A stretch of 64,000 bases of DNA, from assembly GCA_005889405.1 (NCBI GenBank), contig VBFY01000056.1, forward strand, positions 46,389 to 110,388, given 5' to 3'. Source of the DNA: Chloroflexota bacterium (GTDB taxonomy: Bacteria > Chloroflexota > Limnocylindria > P2-11E). The position numbers and the translations under genes were made by a program. The notes under the pieces were generated by a model, which was given only the letters and a program-made list of their open reading frames with translations, searched no databases and was not told the origin of the DNA. Positions 53,889-64,000 of this stretch are shown here, piece after piece; positions within the stretch are counted from its first letter, which is position 1; each line of letters begins with the position of its first letter.

Positions 53889-55022
53889 TCAGGCCAGCGC
53901 CATCAGAGCAGCGAGCGCGGCTTCGTAAACGTGGTCGTTCCCGGCGATCGCGAGCTCCTCGACGAGCAGCTCGCGGATGCCGAGCGCCGGAAGCGGTACG
54001 ACGCGCTCGGCGCGCACGACGCCGCCGACGACCGCCGTGGCCGTCGCGTGACGCTGGTCCGGCGCCCGCTTGATCACGAACTCCGCGCTCTCGCGGCCGA
54101 GCGCGGCCTGGATGCGGACGCCCGACACATCGCCCGTATCGAGGCCACGCTCGAAGCGTGGCCGCAGGCGGACCATGACCGCGGCGTTGTCCGAACGCGC
54201 CATCTTGAAGAGCACGCCGCCAGCCTCTGATGGGGCGAGGGCCTCCACCGGGCGCCAGCCAAGACGCGACGCCATCCACCCGAGCAGGAGCAGCGCCTGC
54301 GACGGATGGATATCGCGGCCGTCCATGTCGACCGCGAAGCCGGCTCGTATCCCGGTGATCCCATCCAGGAACGGACGCCACGTCGGCACGTCGAAGAACT
54401 GCGCGATGAGCTCGCGCCAGTGCGTGAGCCGTGCCCAATTCAGATCCGTGATGCCGACGCGGAGGCGCGCAAGGCGTGCGACCTCCGGCAGCGTGAGGTC
54501 GGCGCGCGCGAAGTCAGCCGAATCGACGATGAGACGGTCCGCCAGCGTCACCAGATCGTCGACGTGCCGCGCGTCGCTCGGCGGCGTCCCGGTCCACCAC
54601 AGGAAGACCGGCAGGTCCGGAACGAGCAGCGGTATCACGACGCTGGCGACGCGCTCGTCAAAATCGCCGCGCACGCGCGCGAGGATCTGCTCGTACAGCA
54701 CCGGCTGCGCACCATCGGACTGCGGAACATGACAGTGGAGCTGCAACGACGCGAGCACGCCCTCTCGGCTGCGGTCGCCGAGCACGATGATCGCGCGCGA
54801 AGGATGCCGCAGCGCGAGATCTGCGACCGCCCGCGCGGCTCGCCGCGCATGTATTTCGCGCTCGGCATAGACGACGAGATTGAGCACCGATGCTCGCGCG
54901 AGCGCCTGGCCGCGCTCTTTCGCGTGCGCGACTGCGGCGCGGCGGAGCCGACCCAGCTCGCGTTCGAGCGCGTCGATGCTCCCGGCGCGCGCGCCCCAGA
55001 ACGCTTCGTCCATCACGGTCAT
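53889..55022 (-). CDS. opcA: glucose-6-phosphate dehydrogenase assembly protein OpcA
   Basis: The ATG overlaps the zwf stop (ATGA). Start MTVMDEAFWGARAGSIDALERELGRLRR. The 168 codons upstream in the track ORF are zwf-frame overlap. Confidence 0.8.
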   Translation of the reverse strand: MTVMDEAFWGARAGSIDALERELGRLRRAAVAHAKERGQALARASVLNLVVYAEREIHARRAARAVADLALRHPSRAIIVLGDRSREGVLASLQLHCHVPQSDGAQPVLYEQILARVRGDFDERVASVVIPLLVPDLPVFLWWTGTPPSDARHVDDLVTLADRLIVDSADFARADLTLPEVARLARLRVGITDLNWARLTHWRELIAQFFDVPTWRPFLDGITGIRAGFAVDMDGRDIHPSQALLLLGWMASRLGWRPVEALAPSEAGGVLFKMARSDNAAVMVRLRPRFERGLDTGDVSGVRIQAALGRESAEFVIKRAPDQRHATATAVVGGVVRAERVVPLPALGIRELLVEELAIAGNDHVYEAALAALMALA

Positions 55023-56542
55023 GGTCGTCGCCAGGTGCGGCTGTCGCGTGCGATGAGCGCGTCGGCCTGCTCGGGCCCCCACGTGCCGGCAGCGTAAGTC
55101 GCAAGCTCCTGCCGTCCCGCGTGCCACCCGGCGAGGATCGGGTCGACGAAAGCCCATTGCTGCTCGACCTCGTCGCGGCGCGTGAACAGGGTCGCGTCGC
55201 CGCGAAGTGCATCGAGGATCAGCGTCTCGTACGAGTCGGGCGCGTCGACCATGAAGGATTCCCCATACCCGAAATCCATATTCACCGAGCGGATCCGCAG
55301 GCCCTGGACGGGCACCTTCGCGCCGAAGGTGAGGGAGATGCCTTCGTCGGGCTGGATCCGTATCACCAGCTCGTTGGCGTCGAGTCCCTCCGACGCCTCG
55401 CGGGTGAAGATGCGGTGCGGCGCGACACGGAAGCGGATCGCGATCTCGGTGGAGCGCTTCGGCAACCGCTTTCCCGTGCGGATGTAGAACGGCGTGCCCT
55501 CCCAGCGCCAGTTGTCGATGAAGCACTTGAGGGCCACGTATGTCTCGGTCTGTGAGTTCGGTGCGACGCCGGGCTCGTCGCGATAGCCCACGACCCGTTC
55601 GCCGCCGATGAATCCCTGACCGTACTGGCCGCGCACGGTGAGCTCGCCGACCTCTTCCGGGGCGATCTGCCGGAGCGCGCGCAGCACCTTGACCTTCTCA
55701 TCGCGCACCGAGCGGTCGTCGAACGCGGACGGAGGCTCCATGCCGACGAGCGCGAGCAGCTGCAGGAGGTGGTTCTGCACGATGTCGCGCATCGCGCCGG
55801 CGCTGTCGTAGTACCCAGCGCGCTCTTCGATCCCGATCGATTCGGCGGCCGTGATCTGAACGTGATCGACGAACTGACGTGTCCAGATCGGCTCGAAGAT
55901 GCTGTTCGCGAAGCGCAGCACGAGGATGTTCTGGACCGTCTCTTTTCCGAGGTAGTGGTCGATCCGAAAGACCTCGTCCTCGCGGAAGACCTCCTGGACG
56001 ACGCTGGTGAGGCGCATCGCGCTGTCGAGGTCGTGTCCGTACGGCTTCTCGACCACGACGCGCGACCAACCGCTCGCCCCGCGCAGGCCATGCGCGCCGA
56101 TCGCGCGGATGATCGGCTCGTACGCAGCCGGCGGTGTCGCGAGATAGAACAGCCGATTGCCATTCGCGCCGATCTCGCCGTCAACGCGTGCGAGGACCCG
56201 ACCAAGCTCATTGAACCCGCTTTCGTCCGGCGTCGGGACGTAGCGGATGGAGCGCGCGAACGTCGTCCAGACCTCCTCGTTGATCGGCCTGGTGCGACTG
56301 AACTCCGCGACGGCGTCGTGAAGCTCGGCGCGGAACACGTCCTCGGTCATGGCGCGGCGAGCGGAACCGATCACACCGAAGCTCGCCGGCAGGAGGTGTT
56401 GCAGCGCGAGGTTGTACAGCGCCGGCACCAGCTTGCGCGACGTGAGATCGCCCGACGCGCCGAAGATGACAAGCGATGCCGGCTCGGGCGTGCGCGCAAG
56501 TCGCAAGCCTTCGCGAAGTGGATTCGCGAGCGTTACGGTCAC
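55019..56542 (-). CDS. zwf: glucose-6-phosphate 1-dehydrogenase
   Basis: VIFGASGDLTSRKL NADP site, RIDHYLGKE and EKPYGHD motifs. Confidence 0.9.
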   Translation of the reverse strand: MTVTLANPLREGLRLARTPEPASLVIFGASGDLTSRKLVPALYNLALQHLLPASFGVIGSARRAMTEDVFRAELHDAVAEFSRTRPINEEVWTTFARSIRYVPTPDESGFNELGRVLARVDGEIGANGNRLFYLATPPAAYEPIIRAIGAHGLRGASGWSRVVVEKPYGHDLDSAMRLTSVVQEVFREDEVFRIDHYLGKETVQNILVLRFANSIFEPIWTRQFVDHVQITAAESIGIEERAGYYDSAGAMRDIVQNHLLQLLALVGMEPPSAFDDRSVRDEKVKVLRALRQIAPEEVGELTVRGQYGQGFIGGERVVGYRDEPGVAPNSQTETYVALKCFIDNWRWEGTPFYIRTGKRLPKRSTEIAIRFRVAPHRIFTREASEGLDANELVIRIQPDEGISLTFGAKVPVQGLRIRSVNMDFGYGESFMVDAPDSYETLILDALRGDATLFTRRDEVEQQWAFVDPILAGWHAGRQELATYAAGTWGPEQADALIARDSRTWRRP

Positions 56543-56733
56543 GTTCGCTTAGCCAGCGCGACGCGGCGTGCGGTGTGGCTCGACGTCGCGGCACTCCTCT
56601 CGCTCGCTGCTGGCTACGCCGGCCCGCCGTTCACCTCGCGCGCGCCGTTCGGGCCGGCTGGGCGCAGACGCTCGCTCGAGGAGCGCCGCGCCGTCCTCGC
56701 CACCCCACACGCCGTCACGTCGCGCAGGCTTTC

Positions 56734-57630
<897 letters not shown>

Positions 57631-57692
57631 GCCGTCACCCCCGTCGTGCGACCGAGGATATTCGGTCCGCGCCCTCTTCCTTGCGGTAGGGT

Positions 57693-59558
57693 GTGGTCGT
57701 GGCGACCGTGAGCGAGGCGGTTACGCGTCTCGATGTGTACCGTTCGCTGGCGCGTCAGCTGCGCGCCGACAGCATCCGATGCTCGACCGCTGCCGGATCC
57801 GGCCACCCGACGTCGTCGCTGTCCGCGGCCGATCTCATGGCCGTACTGCTCGCGGGTCATCTTCGCTATGACTTCGAGCGGCCGGAGTCGCTCGCGAATG
57901 ATCACCTCATTTTCTCCAAGGGGCACGCGTCGCCGCTCGTGTATGCGATGTTCCGCGCAGCCGGGGCGATCGACGACACCGAGCTCATGACGTTCCGAAA
58001 GCTCGGCTCGCGCCTGGAAGGTCATCCCACCCCGATCCTGCCCTGGGTCGACGTCGCAACCGGTTCGCTTGGGCAAGGTCTGCCGATCGGCGTCGGGGTC
58101 GCGCTCGCCGGCAAACGGCTGCTGCGGGCGCCCTTTCACGTCTGGGTCGTCGTCGGCGACAGCGAATCGGCTGAGGGCTCGATCTGGGAAGCGTTCGATC
58201 TTGCCGGCCATGAGGGACTTGAGAACGTCACGGCGATCCTCGACATCAATCGCCTCGGTCAACGCGGGCCGACCGAACTGGAGTGGGACACCGCGGCGTA
58301 TGCGTCACGCGTGACGGCGTTCGGCCTCGACCCGATCGTGATCGACGGCCACGATCTCGCGCAGATCGATGGCGCGTACGAACGCGCGCGCTCGTCCTCG
58401 CGACCGACCGCGATCATCGCGAAGACCGTGAAGGGCAAGGGCGTCTCGTTCCTCGAGGACAAGCCGGGCTGGCACGGCAAGGCCCTCGACGCGAAGCAGG
58501 CGAAGCTGGCGCTCGCGGAACTCGGGGCCGAGCCCTCGCGTGCATTCGAGGTGCCGAGTCCGCCAGCGTGGCGGCCCGCGCCACTCCCGCAGTCCAAGGC
58601 GCCGGACCTGCGCCGCTACACCGAGCCTGTCGCGACGCGCAAGGCGTACGGCGAGGCGATCGCGGCGCTCGGTGCCGCGCGCGCGGATGTCGTGGCGCTC
58701 GACGCTGAGGTGAGCAACTCGACCCACGCCGAGGATTTCAAGAAGACCGCCCCCGATCGCTTCTTCGAGATGTACATCGCCGAGCAGCGGATGGTCGCGG
58801 TGGCCGTCGGGATGCAGGTCGTCGGCTTCGTGCCGTTCGCATCGACGTTCGCTGCATTTCTCGCGCGCGCGTACGACTTCATCCGCATGGCCGCGATCTC
58901 GCGTGCGGACATCCGTCTTTCCGGTTCGCACGCCGGCGTCTCGATCGGCGAAGACGGTCCGTCGCAGATGGCGCTCGAGGATCTCGCGATGATGCGCGCC
59001 GTACATGGCAGCACGGTGCTGTATCCCTGCGACGCGAACCAGACCGCGAAGCTCGTTGCGGCGATGGCCGACCTGCGTGGGATCTCGTACATCCGCACCA
59101 CGCGCGCGAACACCCCGATCCTCTACCGACCCGAGGACGAGTTCCCGATCGGCGGCAGCCGTATCGTGCGCGGCGGTGGCCCGGACGACCGCGTCACCGT
59201 GGTCGCGGCAGGCATCACGGTGCACGAGGGTGTGAAGGCCGCCGACGAGCTCGCGAAATCCGGCGTGAAGATCCGGCTGATCGATGCGTATTCGGTGAAA
59301 CCGCTGGACGCCCGCGGCATCGCGAAGGCCGTGCGAGAGACCGGCGGGCGTCTCGTCGTCGCGGAAGACCATTGGCCCGAGGGCGGCCTCGGCGACGCGG
59401 TCGTCTCCGCCCTGGTCGGCCTCGGCATGACCGAAATCGCTCTGCGGCACCTCGCGGTGCACGACATGCCCGGGTCGGGCAAGCCAGCCGAGCTCGTGGA
59501 GGCGGCCGGGATCGCGGGCCGCGACATCGCAACAGCGGTCCGCGCGCTGCTGGCATGA
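57693..59558 (+). CDS. tkt: transketolase
   Basis: TPP-binding GSGHP...ADLMAVLL, GDSESAEGSIWEA and transketolase Pyr and C-terminal domains. 621 aa. Confidence 0.85.
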   Translation: MVVATVSEAVTRLDVYRSLARQLRADSIRCSTAAGSGHPTSSLSAADLMAVLLAGHLRYDFERPESLANDHLIFSKGHASPLVYAMFRAAGAIDDTELMTFRKLGSRLEGHPTPILPWVDVATGSLGQGLPIGVGVALAGKRLLRAPFHVWVVVGDSESAEGSIWEAFDLAGHEGLENVTAILDINRLGQRGPTELEWDTAAYASRVTAFGLDPIVIDGHDLAQIDGAYERARSSSRPTAIIAKTVKGKGVSFLEDKPGWHGKALDAKQAKLALAELGAEPSRAFEVPSPPAWRPAPLPQSKAPDLRRYTEPVATRKAYGEAIAALGAARADVVALDAEVSNSTHAEDFKKTAPDRFFEMYIAEQRMVAVAVGMQVVGFVPFASTFAAFLARAYDFIRMAAISRADIRLSGSHAGVSIGEDGPSQMALEDLAMMRAVHGSTVLYPCDANQTAKLVAAMADLRGISYIRTTRANTPILYRPEDEFPIGGSRIVRGGGPDDRVTVVAAGITVHEGVKAADELAKSGVKIRLIDAYSVKPLDARGIAKAVRETGGRLVVAEDHWPEGGLGDAVVSALVGLGMTEIALRHLAVHDMPGSGKPAELVEAAGIAGRDIATAVRALLA

Positions 59559-60580
59559 GCCCCGGACGCTGGCTGCCGCTCACTGCGCTTTGCCTGGTCG
59601 CGATCGTCGCGATCTGCCTCGTCGATCTCCTCACCGGACCCGACATCGGGTTCTCGCTCTTCTATCTCATTCCGGTCGTCGTGACGGCTTGGTATGCCGG
59701 CCGCGTAGCGGGTGCGACCGTCGCGGTCGCTGGCGCGCTCGCGTGGCTCTTCGCCGACACGTTCAACCGCGGCATCGTGTCGCTCGGCCCCTCGATCTGG
59801 AACGGCTTTACGCGTCTCGTGATCTTCATCGCCATCGCCCTCCTGCTCGATCGCCAGCGGACCAGCTCCGCGCGTCTCGCGGAGGTCGATCACCAGCGCG
59901 AGGACTTCCTGCGGGTCCTTGATTACGAGCTGCCGCGGCCGGTCGAAGCGATCGCCGCGCTCGCGAAGAAGCTCGATCGCGACACGCCGGCGCACTCCGA
60001 GGCCCACAACACGATCCAGGAGCTGCAACGGCGCGCGCAGGAGCTGCAGTTCCTCGCCCGCGATTTCGTCTCGCTCGGGCGACTCCAGAGCGAACGACTG
60101 CTGCTCACCCGGACGCATTCCGATCTGAACGAGATCGTACGCGAGGCGGTGCGGGCGATCGCGGACAAACAGCGCGTGATCATCACGCTGGGCGCGGAGG
60201 CGCCGATCGTCGATGCCGACGTCGATCGCCTGCGGCAAGCGATCGAGAGCGTCATCCGCAGCGCGCTCCAGCATTCGACTGAGTACGTGAACGTGGCGGT
60301 CCGAATCGACGCGCGCTACGCGTGGGTCGACGTCAGCGACCGATCTCGCGTGCCACTCCGCGTGGACGATCGCGCGCTGTTCGACGATCCGGAGCGCGCC
60401 GACGACCCGCGCGCTGTCGCGGTGGCCGATCGTTTCCTGGGCCTCGAGCTCGCCCGCCTTCTTATGGAGGCCAACGGCGGATCGCTCGATATCGAGAGCC
60501 CCTCGACGCTCGGCTCACTCGTGCGTCTGCGGCTACCGCGCGCCACACGCCCGCCGCTCATGCGCTCGGCAATGGCCTAG
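59555..60580 (+). CDS. DUF4118-anchored histidine-kinase-like protein with degenerate H-box and ATP-lid (pseudokinase)
   Basis: The ATG overlaps the tkt stop. N-terminal DUF4118-like 3-TM region. The H-box reads FLRVLDYELPRPVEAI (Tyr where the phosphoacceptor His is expected). The HATPase region has no G1 DxGxG and only a weak N-box; the G2-like FLGLEL is present. Confidence 0.55.
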   Translation: MSPGRWLPLTALCLVAIVAICLVDLLTGPDIGFSLFYLIPVVVTAWYAGRVAGATVAVAGALAWLFADTFNRGIVSLGPSIWNGFTRLVIFIAIALLLDRQRTSSARLAEVDHQREDFLRVLDYELPRPVEAIAALAKKLDRDTPAHSEAHNTIQELQRRAQELQFLARDFVSLGRLQSERLLLTRTHSDLNEIVREAVRAIADKQRVIITLGAEAPIVDADVDRLRQAIESVIRSALQHSTEYVNVAVRIDARYAWVDVSDRSRVPLRVDDRALFDDPERADDPRAVAVADRFLGLELARLLMEANGGSLDIESPSTLGSLVRLRLPRATRPPLMRSAMA

Positions 60581-60600
60581 CCGCGCGCATACTCGCCGCC

Positions 60601-62097
60601 GTGCTGCGCGAGCCGCTCGCGATCCCGCTGCGCGAGGCGCGCGCGCCGCTCGTGCTTGCGCTCGACATCGGCACGTCGGGTCTGCGCGCCTTTCTCTTCG
60701 ACTCGCGCGGGCGGCCCATCGCCCGTTGCATCGCGCACGCGGATCGACCGGTGCGGACCTCCGTTGATGGCGAGGTCACCGTGGATGCGGACGAGCGCGT
60801 GCGCGCAGCGTTGGGAACGATCGACACCGTCCTCGCGAGCGCCGGGCGCCGCGCGGGTGAGATCGCGGCTGTGGCGACCTCGACGTTCTGGCACAGCCTT
60901 GTGGGCGTGGACGCGCGCGGCCGGGCGACCACGCGCGTGCTCACGTGGGCGGACACGCGTGCGCGCGGCGCGGCGGCGGACCTGCGGCGCGAGCTCGACC
61001 CTGTCGCCACTCATGTGCGCACCGGCTGTGTCCTCCACGCGTCATACCTGCCCGCGAAGCTACGGTGGCTCCGCGAGCACGAGGCGGACGCGTACGCGCG
61101 CACGGCGTGGTGGATGTCGCTCGGCGAGTACCTGTATCTGCGCATCCTCGGCGCGCGGCGCGCGGGACACGGGATGGCGTCGGCCACCGGCCTGTACGAC
61201 CAGCGCCTGCGCCGCTACGATCGCCCGCTCCTCATGCACCTCCTCGTGGGCGAGGAGACGTTCTCTCCGATCGACGACGCGCCTCTCGCCGGGATGCTGC
61301 GGGCGTTCGCGCGCCGCTGGCCGGCCCTCGCGAACGCGAAATGGATCCCCGCGATCGGGGACGGCGCGTGCTCCAATGTCGGCGCCGGCGCGATCGGTCG
61401 TGACACCGCATCGCTGTTCCTTGGGACCTCCGGCGCGATGCGGGTGGTGTACGCGACCGACGATCCGCCGATCGTTCCGGGCGGCTGGACGTACCGGCTC
61501 GATGCCTCGCGGGTCGTCGCTGGAGGCGCGCTCTCGAACGGCGGCAACGTGCTGAGCTGGCTCGCGCGCACATTCCCAGGCGTCGATGTCGCCGCCGCGC
61601 TTCGCCGCGGCTCGGTGGACGGAACGCTCGTCGCCCTTCCACTCCTGGCCGGCGATCGAAGCCCGACGTGGAACGACGCTGCGCGTGCCGCGGTCGCCGG
61701 TGTCGGGCTCGGCACCACCGCAGACGATGTCGCACGTGCGATGGTCGAGGGCGTCGCCCATCGCGTCGCGCGCCTGTGGGAGGTCACGAGCCGCGCCATG
61801 CCCGGGATCGACCGCGTCATCGCCACCGGCGGCACGCTCTTGGCGCTGCCCTGGCTCATACAACTCTTCGCCGACGCGATCGACCGCCCGATCCTGACGA
61901 GTGGCGCGGGCGAAGGATCCGCGCGCGGTGCGGCGATCGTCGCACTCGAGCGGATCGGCGCGCTCGCAGACATCGCCGCGGTGCGCTCGCCGTTCGGGCG
62001 CACCTTTCGACCTCGTCCAGCCGCGACCGCTCGCCTGCGCGCCGGGATGGAGCGCCAGCGCCACCTGGAAGAAGCCCTCGCTCCGCTGATGTCATGA
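60601..62097 (+). CDS. FGGY-family carbohydrate kinase (gluconokinase-like)
   Basis: N-terminal LALDIGTSGLRA, FGGY_N/C architecture and C-terminal ATGGTL motif. GTG start proposed. Function is inferred from the PPP neighbourhood. Confidence 0.65.
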   Translation: MLREPLAIPLREARAPLVLALDIGTSGLRAFLFDSRGRPIARCIAHADRPVRTSVDGEVTVDADERVRAALGTIDTVLASAGRRAGEIAAVATSTFWHSLVGVDARGRATTRVLTWADTRARGAAADLRRELDPVATHVRTGCVLHASYLPAKLRWLREHEADAYARTAWWMSLGEYLYLRILGARRAGHGMASATGLYDQRLRRYDRPLLMHLLVGEETFSPIDDAPLAGMLRAFARRWPALANAKWIPAIGDGACSNVGAGAIGRDTASLFLGTSGAMRVVYATDDPPIVPGGWTYRLDASRVVAGGALSNGGNVLSWLARTFPGVDVAAALRRGSVDGTLVALPLLAGDRSPTWNDAARAAVAGVGLGTTADDVARAMVEGVAHRVARLWEVTSRAMPGIDRVIATGGTLLALPWLIQLFADAIDRPILTSGAGEGSARGAAIVALERIGALADIAAVRSPFGRTFRPRPAATARLRAGMERQRHLEEALAPLMS

Positions 62098-62131
62098 TTG
62101 AGCGGGCCGCCGCTCGGAAGGGGAGAACGCT

Positions 62132-62692
62132 GTGGAGATCTTGATCCCGCTGATCGTCATCGCACTCATCGTCGTGTTCGTCATCGGTCTGTACAACCGT
62201 CTGATCACGCTGCGTCAGCGCGTGCGCGAGGCGTGGTCAGACATCGACGTCCAGCTGAAGCGGCGCCACGACCTCATCCCGAACCTCGTCGCAACGGTCC
62301 AGGGCTACGCCGCGCACGAGAAGGGCGTCTTCGAGAACGTGACGAAAGCGCGCGCGGCCGCGGTCGCGGGACAGAACGGAACACCGCAGGAGCGCGCTGT
62401 CGCCGAGAACCAGCTCACCGCCGCGCTGCGAACGGTGTTCGCGGTCGCGGAGAACTATCCGCAGCTCCAGGCCGTCCAGGAGTTCAAGGATCTGTCCGAG
62501 AACCTTGCCGCCACCGAGGACAAGATCGCGTTCGCGCGGCGCTTCTACAACGGGAACGTTCGCGACTACAACACCGCGCTGCAGACCGTCCCGACCAACA
62601 TCCTCGCGGGGATGTTCGGCTTCACTCCGGAGCAGTACTTCGAGCTGGCCGACGCGACCGAGCGCGAAGTGCCGAAGGTGTCGTTCGGCTAG
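62132..62692 (+). CDS. lemA: LemA family protein
   Basis: N-terminal TM and the LemA consensus (…RRFYNGNVRDYNTALQTVPTNILAGMFGF). Confidence 0.85.
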   Translation: MEILIPLIVIALIVVFVIGLYNRLITLRQRVREAWSDIDVQLKRRHDLIPNLVATVQGYAAHEKGVFENVTKARAAAVAGQNGTPQERAVAENQLTAALRTVFAVAENYPQLQAVQEFKDLSENLAATEDKIAFARRFYNGNVRDYNTALQTVPTNILAGMFGFTPEQYFELADATEREVPKVSFG

Positions 62693-62697
62693 CCCGC

Positions 62698-63615
62698 GTG
62701 GCCGCTCCGCCGACCCGGCTCAACATCTACGACGCCGTCGCAGCGAATCGCTGGCGCACCGTCGCGCTCATCACGGTGTTCACCGGCATCCTCGCGGCGC
62801 TCGGGTACGTCGTCGGCGAGGTGTTCACGCCCGGCGGCGGCATCGCGATGGTGCCACTCGCGCTCGGCTTCTCCGGCGTTTCCGCGACGGCCTCGTACTT
62901 TGCCGGGGACAAGCTCGTGCTCGCACAGAGCCAGGCAAGCGAGCTCGCGCCGGGTGCCGAGCCGCAGCTGCGGAACATCGTTGAGACCCTTTCGATCGGG
63001 CTCGGGATCACTCCGCCGCGTATCTATCTGATCGATGACACCGCCCCCAACGCCTTCGCCACGGGCCGTGACCCAAAACACGCGTCGATCGTCGCCACGC
63101 GCGGTCTGCTCGACAAGCTGGATCGCACCGAGCTCGAGGGCGTGATCGCCCACGAGCTGTCGCACGTCGTCAACCGAGACATCCGCGTCATGCTCCTCGT
63201 GACGGTCCTTGTCGGGACGGTCGCCCTGCTCTCGGACTGGATGTTCCGATCGTTCGCTTGGGGTGGCGGTGGGCGCCGGGGACGCGACCGTGGTGGCGGA
63301 GGGGTCATCCTGATCATCGCGCTCGTGCTCGCGATCCTCACTCCGGTCGTCGCGGCGCTGATCCAGTTCGCGGTTTCGCGGCAGCGCGAATATCTCGCCG
63401 ACGCGTCCGGCGCGCTCCTCACCCGCTATCCGACCGGACTCGCGAACGCGCTGCGCAAGATCGCGGCGGACACGGAGGCCCTCGAGGTCGCGAACAAAGC
63501 GACGGCATCTCTGTACATCGCCAACCCGCTCAAGGACGCGCCGCGTGCCCTTGACGGGCTGTTCGACACGCACCCGCCGATCGCCGAGCGCATTCGTCGC
63601 CTCGAGGCGATGTGA
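62698..63615 (+). CDS. htpX: M48 zinc metalloprotease HtpX-like
   Basis: HELSH(V) zinc motif, 4 TM helices and pairing with lemA. GTG start 6 nt after the lemA stop. Confidence 0.8.
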   Translation: MAAPPTRLNIYDAVAANRWRTVALITVFTGILAALGYVVGEVFTPGGGIAMVPLALGFSGVSATASYFAGDKLVLAQSQASELAPGAEPQLRNIVETLSIGLGITPPRIYLIDDTAPNAFATGRDPKHASIVATRGLLDKLDRTELEGVIAHELSHVVNRDIRVMLLVTVLVGTVALLSDWMFRSFAWGGGGRRGRDRGGGGVILIIALVLAILTPVVAALIQFAVSRQREYLADASGALLTRYPTGLANALRKIAADTEALEVANKATASLYIANPLKDAPRALDGLFDTHPPIAERIRRLEAM

Positions 63616-64000
63616 TGGCGGACACACCGCCTACCGATCGTCCCGCGGAGAAAGCGCCTGAACCTGAGAAGGCGCCTCTCCCTGAGAAGGCACTTCCGCC
63701 TGAGAAGGCGCCTGAGCCCGCATCGTCACACGCCGCTGTCAGCCCGCGCGCGGGCGACGCGGCGCTGCCTCTCGGATACGCGGGGATCATCGCGGTCCTG
63801 CTCGTCGTGGCGGCCATTGGTGGGGGTCTCGCGATCGGGACCATCGCGCGACCGAGCCCGACGCCGCGCCCCACTCCGGCGCCGACCGCTACGGTCCCGA
63901 CGCGAACGCCGGTGCCCACGACCGATCCGCAGGTGTTCTTCCAACAGCTGTCCGCCGGCTGCGCCACGGAGCAGGGCCTCTGGGTCGTCGCGAACGGAGG
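63614..64000 (+). CDS. membrane-anchored Pro-rich protein (partial; runs off the window end)
   Basis: The ATG overlaps the htpX stop. PEKAP repeats, a TM helix (IIAVLLVVAAIGGGLAIGTIA) and a Pro/Thr-rich region. Confidence 0.4.

Noticed and set aside
53889-55526. N-terminal 168 codons of the 545-aa opcA track ORF
   Set aside because: This is zwf-frame overlap. OpcA begins at MTVMDEAFW, whose ATG overlaps the zwf stop.

Overview
This is a high-GC (about 70%) bacterial chromosomal segment spanning the replication-origin neighbourhood. It is densely packed with translationally coupled core genes, and the sequence shows no CRISPR, no phage or integrase genes and no obvious island boundaries.

Gene order along the window:
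- Start of window: tal; a membrane protein with a FAIM-like domain; holA-comEC-comEA on the minus strand; a frameshifted SAM-methyltransferase.
- leuS, with a small translationally coupled ORF downstream and a tRNA-Ala(GGC).
- Cell-shape genes mreD-mrdA(PBP2)-rodA, then an AI-2E transporter.
- A collinear parA-parB-gyrB-PaaI thioesterase-gyrA block; gyrA carries a ~157-aa mini-intein at an unusual site.
- ftsE-ftsX-M23 peptidase-smpB, then marR-MFS and a set of small hypothetical and accessory genes.
- A tmRNA (ssrA) gene that the ORF track cannot show, next to pseudogene remnants.
- jag-yidC-yidD-rnpA-rpmH on the minus strand facing dnaA-dnaN-recF-DUF721 on the plus strand, with a DnaA-box cluster (putative oriC) between dnaA and dnaN.
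- A PP2C-fold pseudophosphatase-TM-beta-propeller protein coupled to a rhomboid protease, followed by a BFN nuclease.
- A glycosylation locus: a GT2 enzyme plus two GT-C proteins, one a giant PMT-like (GT39-type) fusion.
- A gnd-zwf-opcA-PASTA Ser/Thr kinase-PP2C phosphatase run facing tkt.
- A degenerate histidine kinase, an FGGY kinase, and lemA-htpX.

Many long ORFs in the supplied track are antisense artefacts of the high GC content. Coordinates I derived by hand-indexing carry an uncertainty of 1-2 nt.
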